Source of the DNA: an uncultured Eubacteriales bacterium
GTDB lineage: Bacteria; Acidobacteriota; Aminicenantia; Aminicenantales; Saccharicenantaceae
Length of the DNA: 64,000 bases
Assembly (NCBI GenBank): GCA_964523615.1
Contig: CAZFZU010000003.1
Coordinates: 5,659-69,658, forward strand
Reading direction: 5' to 3'
Shown here: one piece after another, positions 17,182-25,224 of the stretch
How positions within the stretch are numbered: position 1 is the stretch's first letter
Layout of the letters: every line of letters starts with the position of its first letter
Position numbers and translations under genes: made by a program
Notes under the pieces: model-generated
Seen by the model: only the letters and a program-made list of their open reading frames with translations
Told to the model about the DNA's origin: nothing
The model's database searches: none

Positions 17182-19377
17182 TCACAGCCGCCAGAGGTAG
17201 GAGGCCTTGAAGAACAGGCCCCGTTTCATCTCCAGGAACCGGCCGGCGTCCCGGTAGGCGCCCTCGAACCACTCGGTCCGGTCCCGGAGCGAGCCGTAGC
17301 CGAGCTGGACGACCGTGCCCGGGATGTAGGTGAAGGAGGCCAGGAGATCGGTCAGCATCTCCCGGCGGTAGGCGTTGTACTCGACGACGCCCCGGAAGAA
17401 GAGATAGCGGTTGGCCTGGTAGGTCAGGCGCCCCCGCCAGATGGCGTAACCGTACTCCCTGTCGCCGGTCGACTCTCGGAAGAAGTCGGCGTAGGTCAGG
17501 CTGGCCGTCAGGTCGAGCTTCTCGGAGGGCTTGTAGGTCAGCCCGGCCGTGGCCCTGTTCCCGTAGCCTTGATAGGGGTCGGCGACGTAGCGGATGGAGG
17601 CGCCCCGGAAATAGAGGCCGCGCAGGGAAATCTGTTTGGTGACATAGCTCACGACCTGGACCTGGCCGCCGCCCGTGTCGAACCGGCGGCCCAGGAAGAC
17701 CTCTGTGGCGTATCGGCCGAGGGCTTGCACGGTCGTGTTCCCGCCGAGGAGGACGGTCAGGCCGAGGCCGGCATTGGTCTCGAACAGGCCGCTCGGCAGG
17801 TCCTTGACGGCGCCGGTATAGACGGTCGGGGTCAACTTGCGCCAGAAGCGGCTCTTCGGATAGAGCCGCCGCGCCAGCGAGGCCTCGAGGCCGGCCACGC
17901 CGGACCGCGTCAGATAGCCGACATCGGTCCGGAAATCCTCGGATATCCCGTACAGCGAGATATTGACGCCCAGGTCGCGGGTGTCGAACAGATAGGCGGC
18001 GCCGGCCGCGATGCCGTTGGCGGCCGGCGTTCCGTCGCCGGGGCCCGTCCACGAACCGAGGGCGTGGAAGGCCAGCTGGCTCGACTTCGACAGCCGCAGC
18101 TGGCCGTCGGCGCCGGCCACCTGGTTGGCGACGCCGCCGAGCCCACGGCCCGTGTAGATGGCCCCGAGGTAGCCGTCCGCGCCGACGGCCCGCTTGTAAC
18201 GCAGGACGGCGAAGCCGGCCGTGCCGTCGCCGCCGGGCTCGAAGAAGGGATCTCCCCGCGGCGACTCGTCGAGGGCCAGGATGGAGGCCACGGTGTCCTT
18301 CCTGCCGATCTTGCCCGAGAGCTTGAAGCCGACGAGGGGATCGACGATGGTCCGGGTGTGGACGGCGGCCACGAAAGGCGCGGCGTCCGAAGCGGCCGCC
18401 AGGTTGAACATCTCGCTGCCCTCGAGGAAGAAGGGCCGCTTCTCCGGGAAGAAGAGGTCGTAGCGGAGGTTGACGTCGACCTGCCCGGCGTCCGCCTCGA
18501 TCTGGCTGAAATCGGGATTGACCGTGGCGTCGAGGATGAGCTGGGAGGTCAGGCCGAGTTTGGCCGTCAGATGGCCGTCGGCCTGGCCCGCCTCCCCGGC
18601 CAGGACCCCCTCGACGCGTTCCGCGCCGTCCCGGTAGGTGACGGCCGGCAGGACCTCGAGCAGGGTGTAGCGGCGGATGTCCTCGAGCTCGAGGGGCATC
18701 ATCTGGGTCAGGAAGAAGTAGCCCCGGGCCGGGTCGAGGGCCGGGTAGGAGGTGTGTTCGGACCGGCGCGAGATGTAGCGCTCGAAGAAGAGGGACATCT
18801 CGACCCTCTTCCGGCCCGCGTAACGGATGCTCTTGAAAGGCACGGCCAGCTCGACCGTGTAGCCGTCGGCGTCGATCCGGCCGGCGCTCGACCAGACCAG
18901 GTCGACGCTGAAGTCCTCGACGTTGCTGGCGAAGCGGCTGTCGGTCTGGATGCCGAGAGGGTTGACGTAGAAAGCGTAAAGGGACTGCCGGTCGTTGAAG
19001 GTGTCGAGGTTGATGCAGATCCAGTCGTCGGGCCGGATGGTGTCGCGGTTGGCCACGGAGGCCTTGATCCGGTCCGGCTCACGGTCGAAGCACTTGAAGG
19101 CGAAGTAGAGGGCCTCGGCGTCGTAGGCCATGTAGGCCGTGGTCCGTTCGCTGGCTTCGCGGCCGAAGTCGGGGATGAAGGTCTTGTCCAACGTGACCGA
19201 CGGCGCGGCCCGCCAGGCCTCGTCGTCCATCCGGCCGTCGATCACGGGAGGGCGCTCGACGCGCAGCGGCCGGAAGAAGGCTTGGGGCGGGGCCGCGGCG
19301 GCGGCCTGACCGAGGACGGCAGGGACGAACGCGAGGATGGACGCGGTGAAGAGGAGCGGGACGGCCTTGCGATACAT
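17182..19377 (-). CDS. DUF5916 domain protein with CBM9-like N-terminus (paralog of 8600..10906)
   Basis: IDGRMDDEAWRAAPSVTLDKTFIPDFGRE...YFAFKCFDREPDRIKASVANRDT parallels the first DUF5916 gene. Confidence 0.7.
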   Translation of the reverse strand: MYRKAVPLLFTASILAFVPAVLGQAAAAAPPQAFFRPLRVERPPVIDGRMDDEAWRAAPSVTLDKTFIPDFGREASERTTAYMAYDAEALYFAFKCFDREPDRIKASVANRDTIRPDDWICINLDTFNDRQSLYAFYVNPLGIQTDSRFASNVEDFSVDLVWSSAGRIDADGYTVELAVPFKSIRYAGRKRVEMSLFFERYISRRSEHTSYPALDPARGYFFLTQMMPLELEDIRRYTLLEVLPAVTYRDGAERVEGVLAGEAGQADGHLTAKLGLTSQLILDATVNPDFSQIEADAGQVDVNLRYDLFFPEKRPFFLEGSEMFNLAAASDAAPFVAAVHTRTIVDPLVGFKLSGKIGRKDTVASILALDESPRGDPFFEPGGDGTAGFAVLRYKRAVGADGYLGAIYTGRGLGGVANQVAGADGQLRLSKSSQLAFHALGSWTGPGDGTPAANGIAAGAAYLFDTRDLGVNISLYGISEDFRTDVGYLTRSGVAGLEASLARRLYPKSRFWRKLTPTVYTGAVKDLPSGLFETNAGLGLTVLLGGNTTVQALGRYATEVFLGRRFDTGGGQVQVVSYVTKQISLRGLYFRGASIRYVADPYQGYGNRATAGLTYKPSEKLDLTASLTYADFFRESTGDREYGYAIWRGRLTYQANRYLFFRGVVEYNAYRREMLTDLLASFTYIPGTVVQLGYGSLRDRTEWFEGAYRDAGRFLEMKRGLFFKASYLWRL

Positions 19378-19461
19378 GGCAGAGACTTTACACGTCCCGG
19401 CGCCTCTTTTCAAGGACCATCTTCCCCTGTCGCGGTCTCCCCGGTCCCCCGGCCGCGGGCC

Positions 19462-19497
19462 AAAAAAAAGCCCGCCCCGGCTTGCGCCGGGGCGGGC
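19462..19497 (-). terminator. rho-independent terminator of the TonB-dependent receptor gene
   Basis: Minus strand: GCCCGCCCCGG-CGCAAG-CCGGGGCGGGC hairpin followed by U8. Confidence 0.6.
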
Positions 19498-19522
19498 GTG
19501 CTTCTGCTTGTGCTGGTGCTGC

Positions 19523-22500
19523 TTAGAAGGAGAACCGGGCGCCGAAGCGGGCGGTCCAGGTCCCGTAGCGGGTGGTGTACTGATTGAACACGGTGTTCTT
19601 CCAGAAGGGGTCGCCGGGCGTGTCGAGAGCGGCCTGCCAATCGAAGTTCCCAGCCAGGAAATCTTCGTTGGAGATGTCCATCGTCGTCCGGTTGGGGGCG
19701 ATGCTCTTGGCCTGCCAGGTCTTGGTGTTGGTGAAGTTGTTGACCTGGAGGTTCAGGGACACGTTGTACTTGCCGGCGATCTTGAGGGCGTACTCGAGGT
19801 AGATGTCGCCCCAGAAGGTGAAGGGCAGCCGGCCGAGGTCGCCGTAGCCGTTGGGATAGATGTAGCTATTGCGGACGCTCAGCTGGGTGCTGACCGGAAG
19901 GCCGCTGCGGCCGTAGCCGACCACGCCGACCGTGAGGCCGAACGGGAAGGCGTAGGAGCCGTAGGCCTTGAAGTAGTGGGTCCGGTCCTGGGGGAGCGGG
20001 CCGTCGAGCAGGGTGCCGTCGAGCCGGTACATCATGAACCACATGTCGAAGAAGCGCTCGACGTTCGGGGAATTCCGGCCGTTCTCGTCGGAGGAGGACA
20101 GGCCGCTGTAGTTGCCCTCGACGCGGCTGAGGGTGTAGTTGAGGCCGCCCTGCCAGTTGTGGCTGAACCGCTTCTCGAGGGAGACGTTCATGCCGTAGTA
20201 CTCGCGCTTGGCCCTGGGCTGCTCCCAGAAGCCGGGCGCGAACTCGTCGAACTTGGCGCGGATCCAGTCGCTGCCGGGGTTGGCGTTGAAGTACAGCTCG
20301 CCGCCGGCCTCGACGTCCTCGACGCCGATGTCCTCGATGGTGTTGATGAGGTGCTTCTGAACGAGGCGGACCGACAGGGACAGGTCCTCGGTCAGCTTCT
20401 TCTCGGCGCCGAAGGAGATCTCGCGCTGGGACACGGGCTTCAGGTTGGGATCGGTGGTGTCGAAGGAGGGCACGCGGTAGTCGATCGTGCCCATGTAGGT
20501 GCCGCCCGCGGCCTGGTCGGCCTGGGCGCCGGCGCTGGTGTCACCGGCCGGGTACTCGTCGCCGATCTCGTAGAAGTTGGGATTGTCGAGGGTGTAGTAG
20601 TCGCTTTTCCACTTGAAGCCGCCGTAGGAGCCCTCGGCCAGGTACAGCTTCATAACGTCGTAGTAGATGCCGAAGCTGCCGAAGACCTTGAGGGTGGAGT
20701 CGCCGAAGACGTCGTAGACGACGCCGAAGCGGGGGGCCAGCTTCTCGTCGAAGTCGAACTTGATGGGCTTGCCGGGGTAATCGGGGTTGAAGGACGGGAT
20801 GTACTCGGATTCCGTCCGGACGCCCGCGTTGATGGTCAGCCGGCCGCCGATCGTCCAGGAATCCTGGAGGTAGAGGGCCCAGCTGTTGCGGAAGATGTCC
20901 CACTGGTAGCCGTAGGGCGAGGTCCAGGAGCCGCGGATGTAGTAGTAGCCGTAGGTGCCGCGGAAGGTGGGCACGCCGTAAGCCGTCAGCGCGGAGCAGC
21001 TGCGGTCCCAGTACAGGTTGACCATGGGATAGGCGGCCGAGTTGGCGTAGTCTTCCTGGTCGCGGATGAGCTGGGCGCCGGCCTTCCAGGCGTGTTCGCC
21101 GCCGAGGCTGACGTAGTAGGACAGGTCGACGTTGCTGGAGTACTTCTCGATCTTCTGGCGCTGCAGAACGGTCCGGCTGCCGGAGTAGTTGATGGCGCCG
21201 GCGTAGAAGAGCAGTTCGTCGTCGATGACGCCGTCGTAGACGTAGCTGCTGGTGTTGTTGTAGTACGTGGTGAAGTCGTTACCGATCTGCTGGTTCTTGG
21301 TGTTCGACATGGCGTAGCCGGCGCGGGCGCTGATGAGGAAGTTGTTGCTCGCGCTGTAGTCGAACATGACGGCCGCGCTCATGTTAGGATAGTCGTAACC
21401 GGCCCGGTTCCAGGCGCTGAGGCCCCAGCCGCCGTAGGTCTTGCTGCTCGTCCCGTTGATGCTCGGGATCTCGCCGCGGTAGTTGGAATAGTTGTTGACG
21501 AAGGAGGCCGACATGCGCATGCCCTTGAACGGGGCCGCGGTCAGCTTCATCTGGCCGTTCCACACGAAGTCCTTCCGGTAGAAGGTGTAGAAGGGGACGT
21601 TATTCAGGCTCGGATCGGCTTCGGGATCGACGAGCGGGTCGTCGGAGAGGAAGCCGCGGCTGCCATAGGTGCGGTAGTACTGGGGGTTGAAGGAACCGAA
21701 GAACCACAGGCGGTCCTTGATGATGTAACCGCCCAGGTTGAAGACGCCCTCGAAGCGCTTGTAGTCGTCGCGCTTCTTGCCGCCGGCCCAGTACAGGTCG
21801 TCGTCGTTGACGAACTCGGCCAGGTTGTCGTCGTAGGGGCTCCAGCGCAGGTAGTCGCGGGACTTGCCCTGCATCAGGATGTTGTTGTCGTTGTAGTAGG
21901 CCATGATGTCGCCGTGGAACGCATTGCCGCCGGAGCGGGTGATGACGTTGACGACGCCGCCCATCGAGCCGCCGAACTCGGCGTTGTAGCCCGACGCGGT
22001 GACCTTGACCTCTTCGACCATCTCCATGACGGCGGACTGGCCGCGGGTGCCGATGTGGCCCTGCGTGATGTCGGTGCCGTCCATGTACCACATGTTCTCG
22101 GTGCCCGTGGCGCCGTCGACCGAGAGGCCGCCGGTGTTGCCTTCGTACTGGACGCCCGGAACGGTGGACAGCAGGCCGTCGAAGTTGCGGCTGCGGGGCA
22201 GGCTCATGAACACTTCCTTGGTCATGGTCTGGCCCTTGACCGTGCTCTTGACGTCGATCAGCGGGCTCTGCCCGATGACCGTGACCTGCTCCTCGATGGC
22301 CGCCTGGTCCAGGGTCACGTTCAGCGTGACCGTGGTGGACAGCTGGACGATGATGTTCTGGCGGATGAGGGTCTTGAAGCCCTGGAGAGAGAAGACGACC
22401 TCATAGGTGCCGGAAGGAAGGGAGAACAGGCGGTAGGTGCCGTCCCCGTCCGTCACGGCGGTCGCCTTGCCGACCATCTTCGGGCTCGTCGCTTCGACCG

Positions 22501-22627
22501 AGACGCCGGGGAGCGGAGCGCCCGTGGCGTCGAGGACCTTGCCCTCCATTTTGGAGGTCGCGGTCTGCTGGGCGAAGGCGGTCCCGGCGATGAACAGCAC
22601 GAGGATCGCGATCGTGAGTTTCTTCAT
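19523..22627 (-). CDS. TonB-dependent outer membrane receptor with N-terminal carboxypeptidase-regulatory-like domain
   Basis: 1034 aa. Signal peptide, CarboxypepD_reg-like start (KMEGKVLDATGAPLPGVSVEATSP), plug/barrel-length protein, C-terminal ...FGARFSF aromatic terminus. AGGAGG RBS 8 nt upstream. Confidence 0.85.
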   Translation of the reverse strand: MKKLTIAILVLFIAGTAFAQQTATSKMEGKVLDATGAPLPGVSVEATSPKMVGKATAVTDGDGTYRLFSLPSGTYEVVFSLQGFKTLIRQNIIVQLSTTVTLNVTLDQAAIEEQVTVIGQSPLIDVKSTVKGQTMTKEVFMSLPRSRNFDGLLSTVPGVQYEGNTGGLSVDGATGTENMWYMDGTDITQGHIGTRGQSAVMEMVEEVKVTASGYNAEFGGSMGGVVNVITRSGGNAFHGDIMAYYNDNNILMQGKSRDYLRWSPYDDNLAEFVNDDDLYWAGGKKRDDYKRFEGVFNLGGYIIKDRLWFFGSFNPQYYRTYGSRGFLSDDPLVDPEADPSLNNVPFYTFYRKDFVWNGQMKLTAAPFKGMRMSASFVNNYSNYRGEIPSINGTSSKTYGGWGLSAWNRAGYDYPNMSAAVMFDYSASNNFLISARAGYAMSNTKNQQIGNDFTTYYNNTSSYVYDGVIDDELLFYAGAINYSGSRTVLQRQKIEKYSSNVDLSYYVSLGGEHAWKAGAQLIRDQEDYANSAAYPMVNLYWDRSCSALTAYGVPTFRGTYGYYYIRGSWTSPYGYQWDIFRNSWALYLQDSWTIGGRLTINAGVRTESEYIPSFNPDYPGKPIKFDFDEKLAPRFGVVYDVFGDSTLKVFGSFGIYYDVMKLYLAEGSYGGFKWKSDYYTLDNPNFYEIGDEYPAGDTSAGAQADQAAGGTYMGTIDYRVPSFDTTDPNLKPVSQREISFGAEKKLTEDLSLSVRLVQKHLINTIEDIGVEDVEAGGELYFNANPGSDWIRAKFDEFAPGFWEQPRAKREYYGMNVSLEKRFSHNWQGGLNYTLSRVEGNYSGLSSSDENGRNSPNVERFFDMWFMMYRLDGTLLDGPLPQDRTHYFKAYGSYAFPFGLTVGVVGYGRSGLPVSTQLSVRNSYIYPNGYGDLGRLPFTFWGDIYLEYALKIAGKYNVSLNLQVNNFTNTKTWQAKSIAPNRTTMDISNEDFLAGNFDWQAALDTPGDPFWKNTVFNQYTTRYGTWTARFGARFSF

Positions 22628-22990
22628 AAAAAAATTCCTCCTAGATATCGAGAACCTAAACCCTGGGCGGCTCGCTGGCCGCCCTCCTAGATCCCAAACG
22701 TGAACGTCCTTCGGGTCTCACCTCCTCGCGGTAAAAAAATTTATTCATTTTCATAGTCCAAACAGGCCTCTTTAATAGCAATTATCATGCCAAGACGCGG
22801 TCACACAAAGTGTCTTTAAAATGTGTAACTTAAATGCCCGAATGGACCACGGGACCTTCGGCATTTTGGACTAATCCAATAAATTGGATTCTGGCTGGTA
22901 TCTTGGCCCAGTGAGGGCCGGACAAGGGGCTCGGCAAGCCTGTGGAAAACCCGGCTTCTCAGGCCGCCGGAGGGGGCCTTTTTGCGGGTC
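22628..22990. promoter_or_regulatory. AT-rich intergenic island (far below genome GC) upstream of the TonB-dependent receptor; contains palindrome CCAATTTATTGG and several hairpins
   Basis: Visually ~45-50% GC over ~250 bp in a ~70% GC background. Perfect palindrome TCCAATTTATTGGA. A GATAAT-containing stretch. GGGCGGC/GCCGCCC hairpin in the 5' leader. Confidence 0.4.
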
Positions 22991-25174
22991 CTAGTCGGCC
23001 GCGATCGTCACCGTCGTCCGGGTCCCGGCCTTGGTCCCCGAGACCCGGTCCTCGGCGTTGATGTAGAGGTGATAGGAGCCGGGCGGCAGGCCGTCGAGGG
23101 GGATCTCCAGCGTCAGCGCCGAGGCGGTGGGATGGGCCGTCCGGGCGATCACGGCGGGGCTGACGGGAAAAGCCCGGCCTCCGGCCGCGTCGATGAGGCG
23201 CGCCGACAGAACGAGGTCGGTCTCGCCGGCCCCCGGGACCGCGTAGGGGACGACCGCCAGGATCCTCGTCGCGGTCCTGGGGATATTCCCCGCCGCTGGG
23301 GCGAAGGCGCTCCGGTCATAGGCGTAGATCTCCGTCCACGGGAGCGTCTTGCGGTCCTTGGCCGACCGGGCCTCGATCCCCGCGGTCCCGGCCTCTTCGG
23401 CCAGGATGAGCGGGGTCCAGAGGCGCAGGCCTTGGGGCTGAGGCGCCCGCACGGCGGCCTTGACCGCGCCCACGGCGCTGAGCCCCGTGTCCATGTCCCT
23501 GACGACGACGCGGCAAATGTAGTCGCCCGGACCGAGCGCGACCGAGGCCCCGAAGACGACGGCGCGGCCCCGGCCGTCGCGCGCGTCCATCTCCCCGCGG
23601 CGGACATCCCGGATGTCGCCATTGTCGTCGAACACGATGGACACGTATTCGACCGTGCCGCCGGTGAACCGGGCGGTGACCTCGCCCGGGACCCGGGCCA
23701 GGACGTGGAGGCCCGGGCCGTTCGCCGCCCCGGAGGCGAGGGTCGTCACCGGGACGCCGAACGGCAGGCGGGAGACGGCTCGCTGGTTGAGGGCCAGATC
23801 GAACAGGTGCAGGTCCTTCTCAAGCTTGGTGTAGGACGCGAAGGGCTTCGGATCGTAGAACCCCGACGGGGCCATGACCCGGGCCCCCTTGCGCTTGACC
23901 TCGACCTTGACGCGGTGGAACTTGCCGTCCTCCGCCGAGGCCGGATAGTAGCCGAGGACGTAGAAGGCGCCGGTGAGGTCCCCGACCGCGGCCAGGTTCT
24001 TGTCGTAAGAGCCGATGTTGGAATAGTATTTGCCGCCCGTCCTTTTTGACAGCGCCCGCAGGGTGTCGATGCCGGTGACCTTGTCGTCCGCGAACGGATT
24101 GGTGGTATCGGTGCCGAGCAGCCCCGATTTGAATCCGGTCATCGTCGCGCTTCCCGCGTGGACCATCTTGTCGGCCCCGAAGAGAGAGGTGTCCTTGGCC
24201 GCCTCCCGGGTATCCAAAGCGAAGAACGGACAGTCGGAAGCGCTGAATTCCCTGAGGAGCTCCTCCCAGAGTGGCTGAAGGGTCCGGTCTCCCATGTCGT
24301 AGGAGAATTGAGTCGGTTGGGACAGATCGCCTCGGGCCATCCCGGTACCTTGAGCGATGGCGGGATTGCCTTGGACGAGAGTGGTCGGGATCCCCGTCGA
24401 AAAGAGAAGGAAGCTCTTGCTTCCGGGGACGAGCCGCATGGCCTTGGCCAAGGACGTCAGAGTGGACAGGTAGTCCTGGGCCTGGTACTTCGATTGCCTT
24501 CGGCCGGCCTCGGTCCTCAGCACTTCTCCTCTGAGGAAGGGATCGCTGGTGTCGGAACTAGTATATCCCCGGAGGTCCCAGTACTCCCGTTCGATCTCCT
24601 CGGCGCGTCCGGAGATCTCCTTGGCGCTGATCCCGGCCACCGCCTGACGGGCCTTGGCCAGATCGGTGGTGAGGAACTCATGGACCTTGAGCCCCTTGGC
24701 CGACGAATAGGAAAGCACGGCCACCTCGTCCCCGGGAGAGGCCTCGGTATCGATGAAGTGCTGGGCCGCCTTGACGGCGGCCATGGCCCCGATCGGGCTG
24801 TTGAAGGCGAAGTCGAAGAAAATGAAATATTTGCGCGAAAGCAGGTCCTTGATCTCCGGGGCGGCCGCGGCCCCCGCTTCCGGGCTCTCTGTAACGGCGG
24901 GCGCTCCCGAGCCGTGGCGCTCGAACTCGGTCACGGTCACCGGAACTCCGTCGTCGGTGACGACGAAATCCTCTTTGCTCAGGTCTTGGATCGGCGTTCC
25001 GGACTTGTCGGTGACGTAGACCTGGACGAGCCGGACCGTGACGGAGACCTCATGTTGGAGGGGCTTTCCCGGGTCCTGGCCGGGCTGTGGGGCGGTCGTG
25101 CCGGCGGAGCCGAGGACGGCCGCGCCGAAGACGATGGCCGCGGCAAGAAAACGCGCTCCGGAACGACGCATCAA
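22991..25174 (-). CDS. VWA domain protein of the VWFA-related Acidobacterial domain type (TIGR03436-like), secreted
   Basis: Signal peptide. N-terminal VSVTVRLVQVYVTDKSGTPIQDLSKEDFVVTDDGVPVTV motif and central VWA-like region, as recalled for TIGR03436. Confidence 0.7.
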   Translation of the reverse strand: MMRRSGARFLAAAIVFGAAVLGSAGTTAPQPGQDPGKPLQHEVSVTVRLVQVYVTDKSGTPIQDLSKEDFVVTDDGVPVTVTEFERHGSGAPAVTESPEAGAAAAPEIKDLLSRKYFIFFDFAFNSPIGAMAAVKAAQHFIDTEASPGDEVAVLSYSSAKGLKVHEFLTTDLAKARQAVAGISAKEISGRAEEIEREYWDLRGYTSSDTSDPFLRGEVLRTEAGRRQSKYQAQDYLSTLTSLAKAMRLVPGSKSFLLFSTGIPTTLVQGNPAIAQGTGMARGDLSQPTQFSYDMGDRTLQPLWEELLREFSASDCPFFALDTREAAKDTSLFGADKMVHAGSATMTGFKSGLLGTDTTNPFADDKVTGIDTLRALSKRTGGKYYSNIGSYDKNLAAVGDLTGAFYVLGYYPASAEDGKFHRVKVEVKRKGARVMAPSGFYDPKPFASYTKLEKDLHLFDLALNQRAVSRLPFGVPVTTLASGAANGPGLHVLARVPGEVTARFTGGTVEYVSIVFDDNGDIRDVRRGEMDARDGRGRAVVFGASVALGPGDYICRVVVRDMDTGLSAVGAVKAAVRAPQPQGLRLWTPLILAEEAGTAGIEARSAKDRKTLPWTEIYAYDRSAFAPAAGNIPRTATRILAVVPYAVPGAGETDLVLSARLIDAAGGRAFPVSPAVIARTAHPTASALTLEIPLDGLPPGSYHLYINAEDRVSGTKAGTRTTVTIAAD
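23004..23101. repeat. 98-bp segment identical to 25238..25335 (3' ends of the tandem VWA paralogs)
   Basis: Direct comparison of the two gene 3' ends: ATCGTCACCGTCGTCCGGGTCCCGGCCTTGGTCCCCGAGACCCGGTCCTCGGCGTTGATGTAGAGGTGATAGGAGCCGGGCGGCAGGCCGTCGAGGGG is identical in both. Confidence 0.8.
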
Positions 25175-25224
25175 CCTAACTTTTCCCTTCCCTGGGATCT
25201 TTTGCTTTCCATTCTACCCCCTGT

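Noticed and set aside
22780-22800. Fur box at GATAATTGCTATTAAAG
   Set aside because: Only about half the positions match the classical 19-bp Fur consensus, and the Fur-box consensus for this lineage is unknown. Kept only as a note within the AT-rich island finding.
22921-22985. Intrinsic terminator GGCCGCCGGAGGGGGCC + TTTTT for the VWA gene
   Set aside because: The hairpin plus T-run is oriented for the plus strand, whereas the adjacent genes are on the minus strand. On the minus strand the hairpin is preceded, not followed, by the U-run, so I do not call it a terminator for the VWA gene.
22628-22990. Cobalamin riboswitch upstream of the TonB-dependent receptor
   Set aside because: The leader has a B12-box-like AAGAUACCAGCC and a CACUG, but they are only ~10 nt apart. 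The G-rich core (GGGAAG / GGUG segments) is absent, so the spacing and content do not fit the cobalamin riboswitch.
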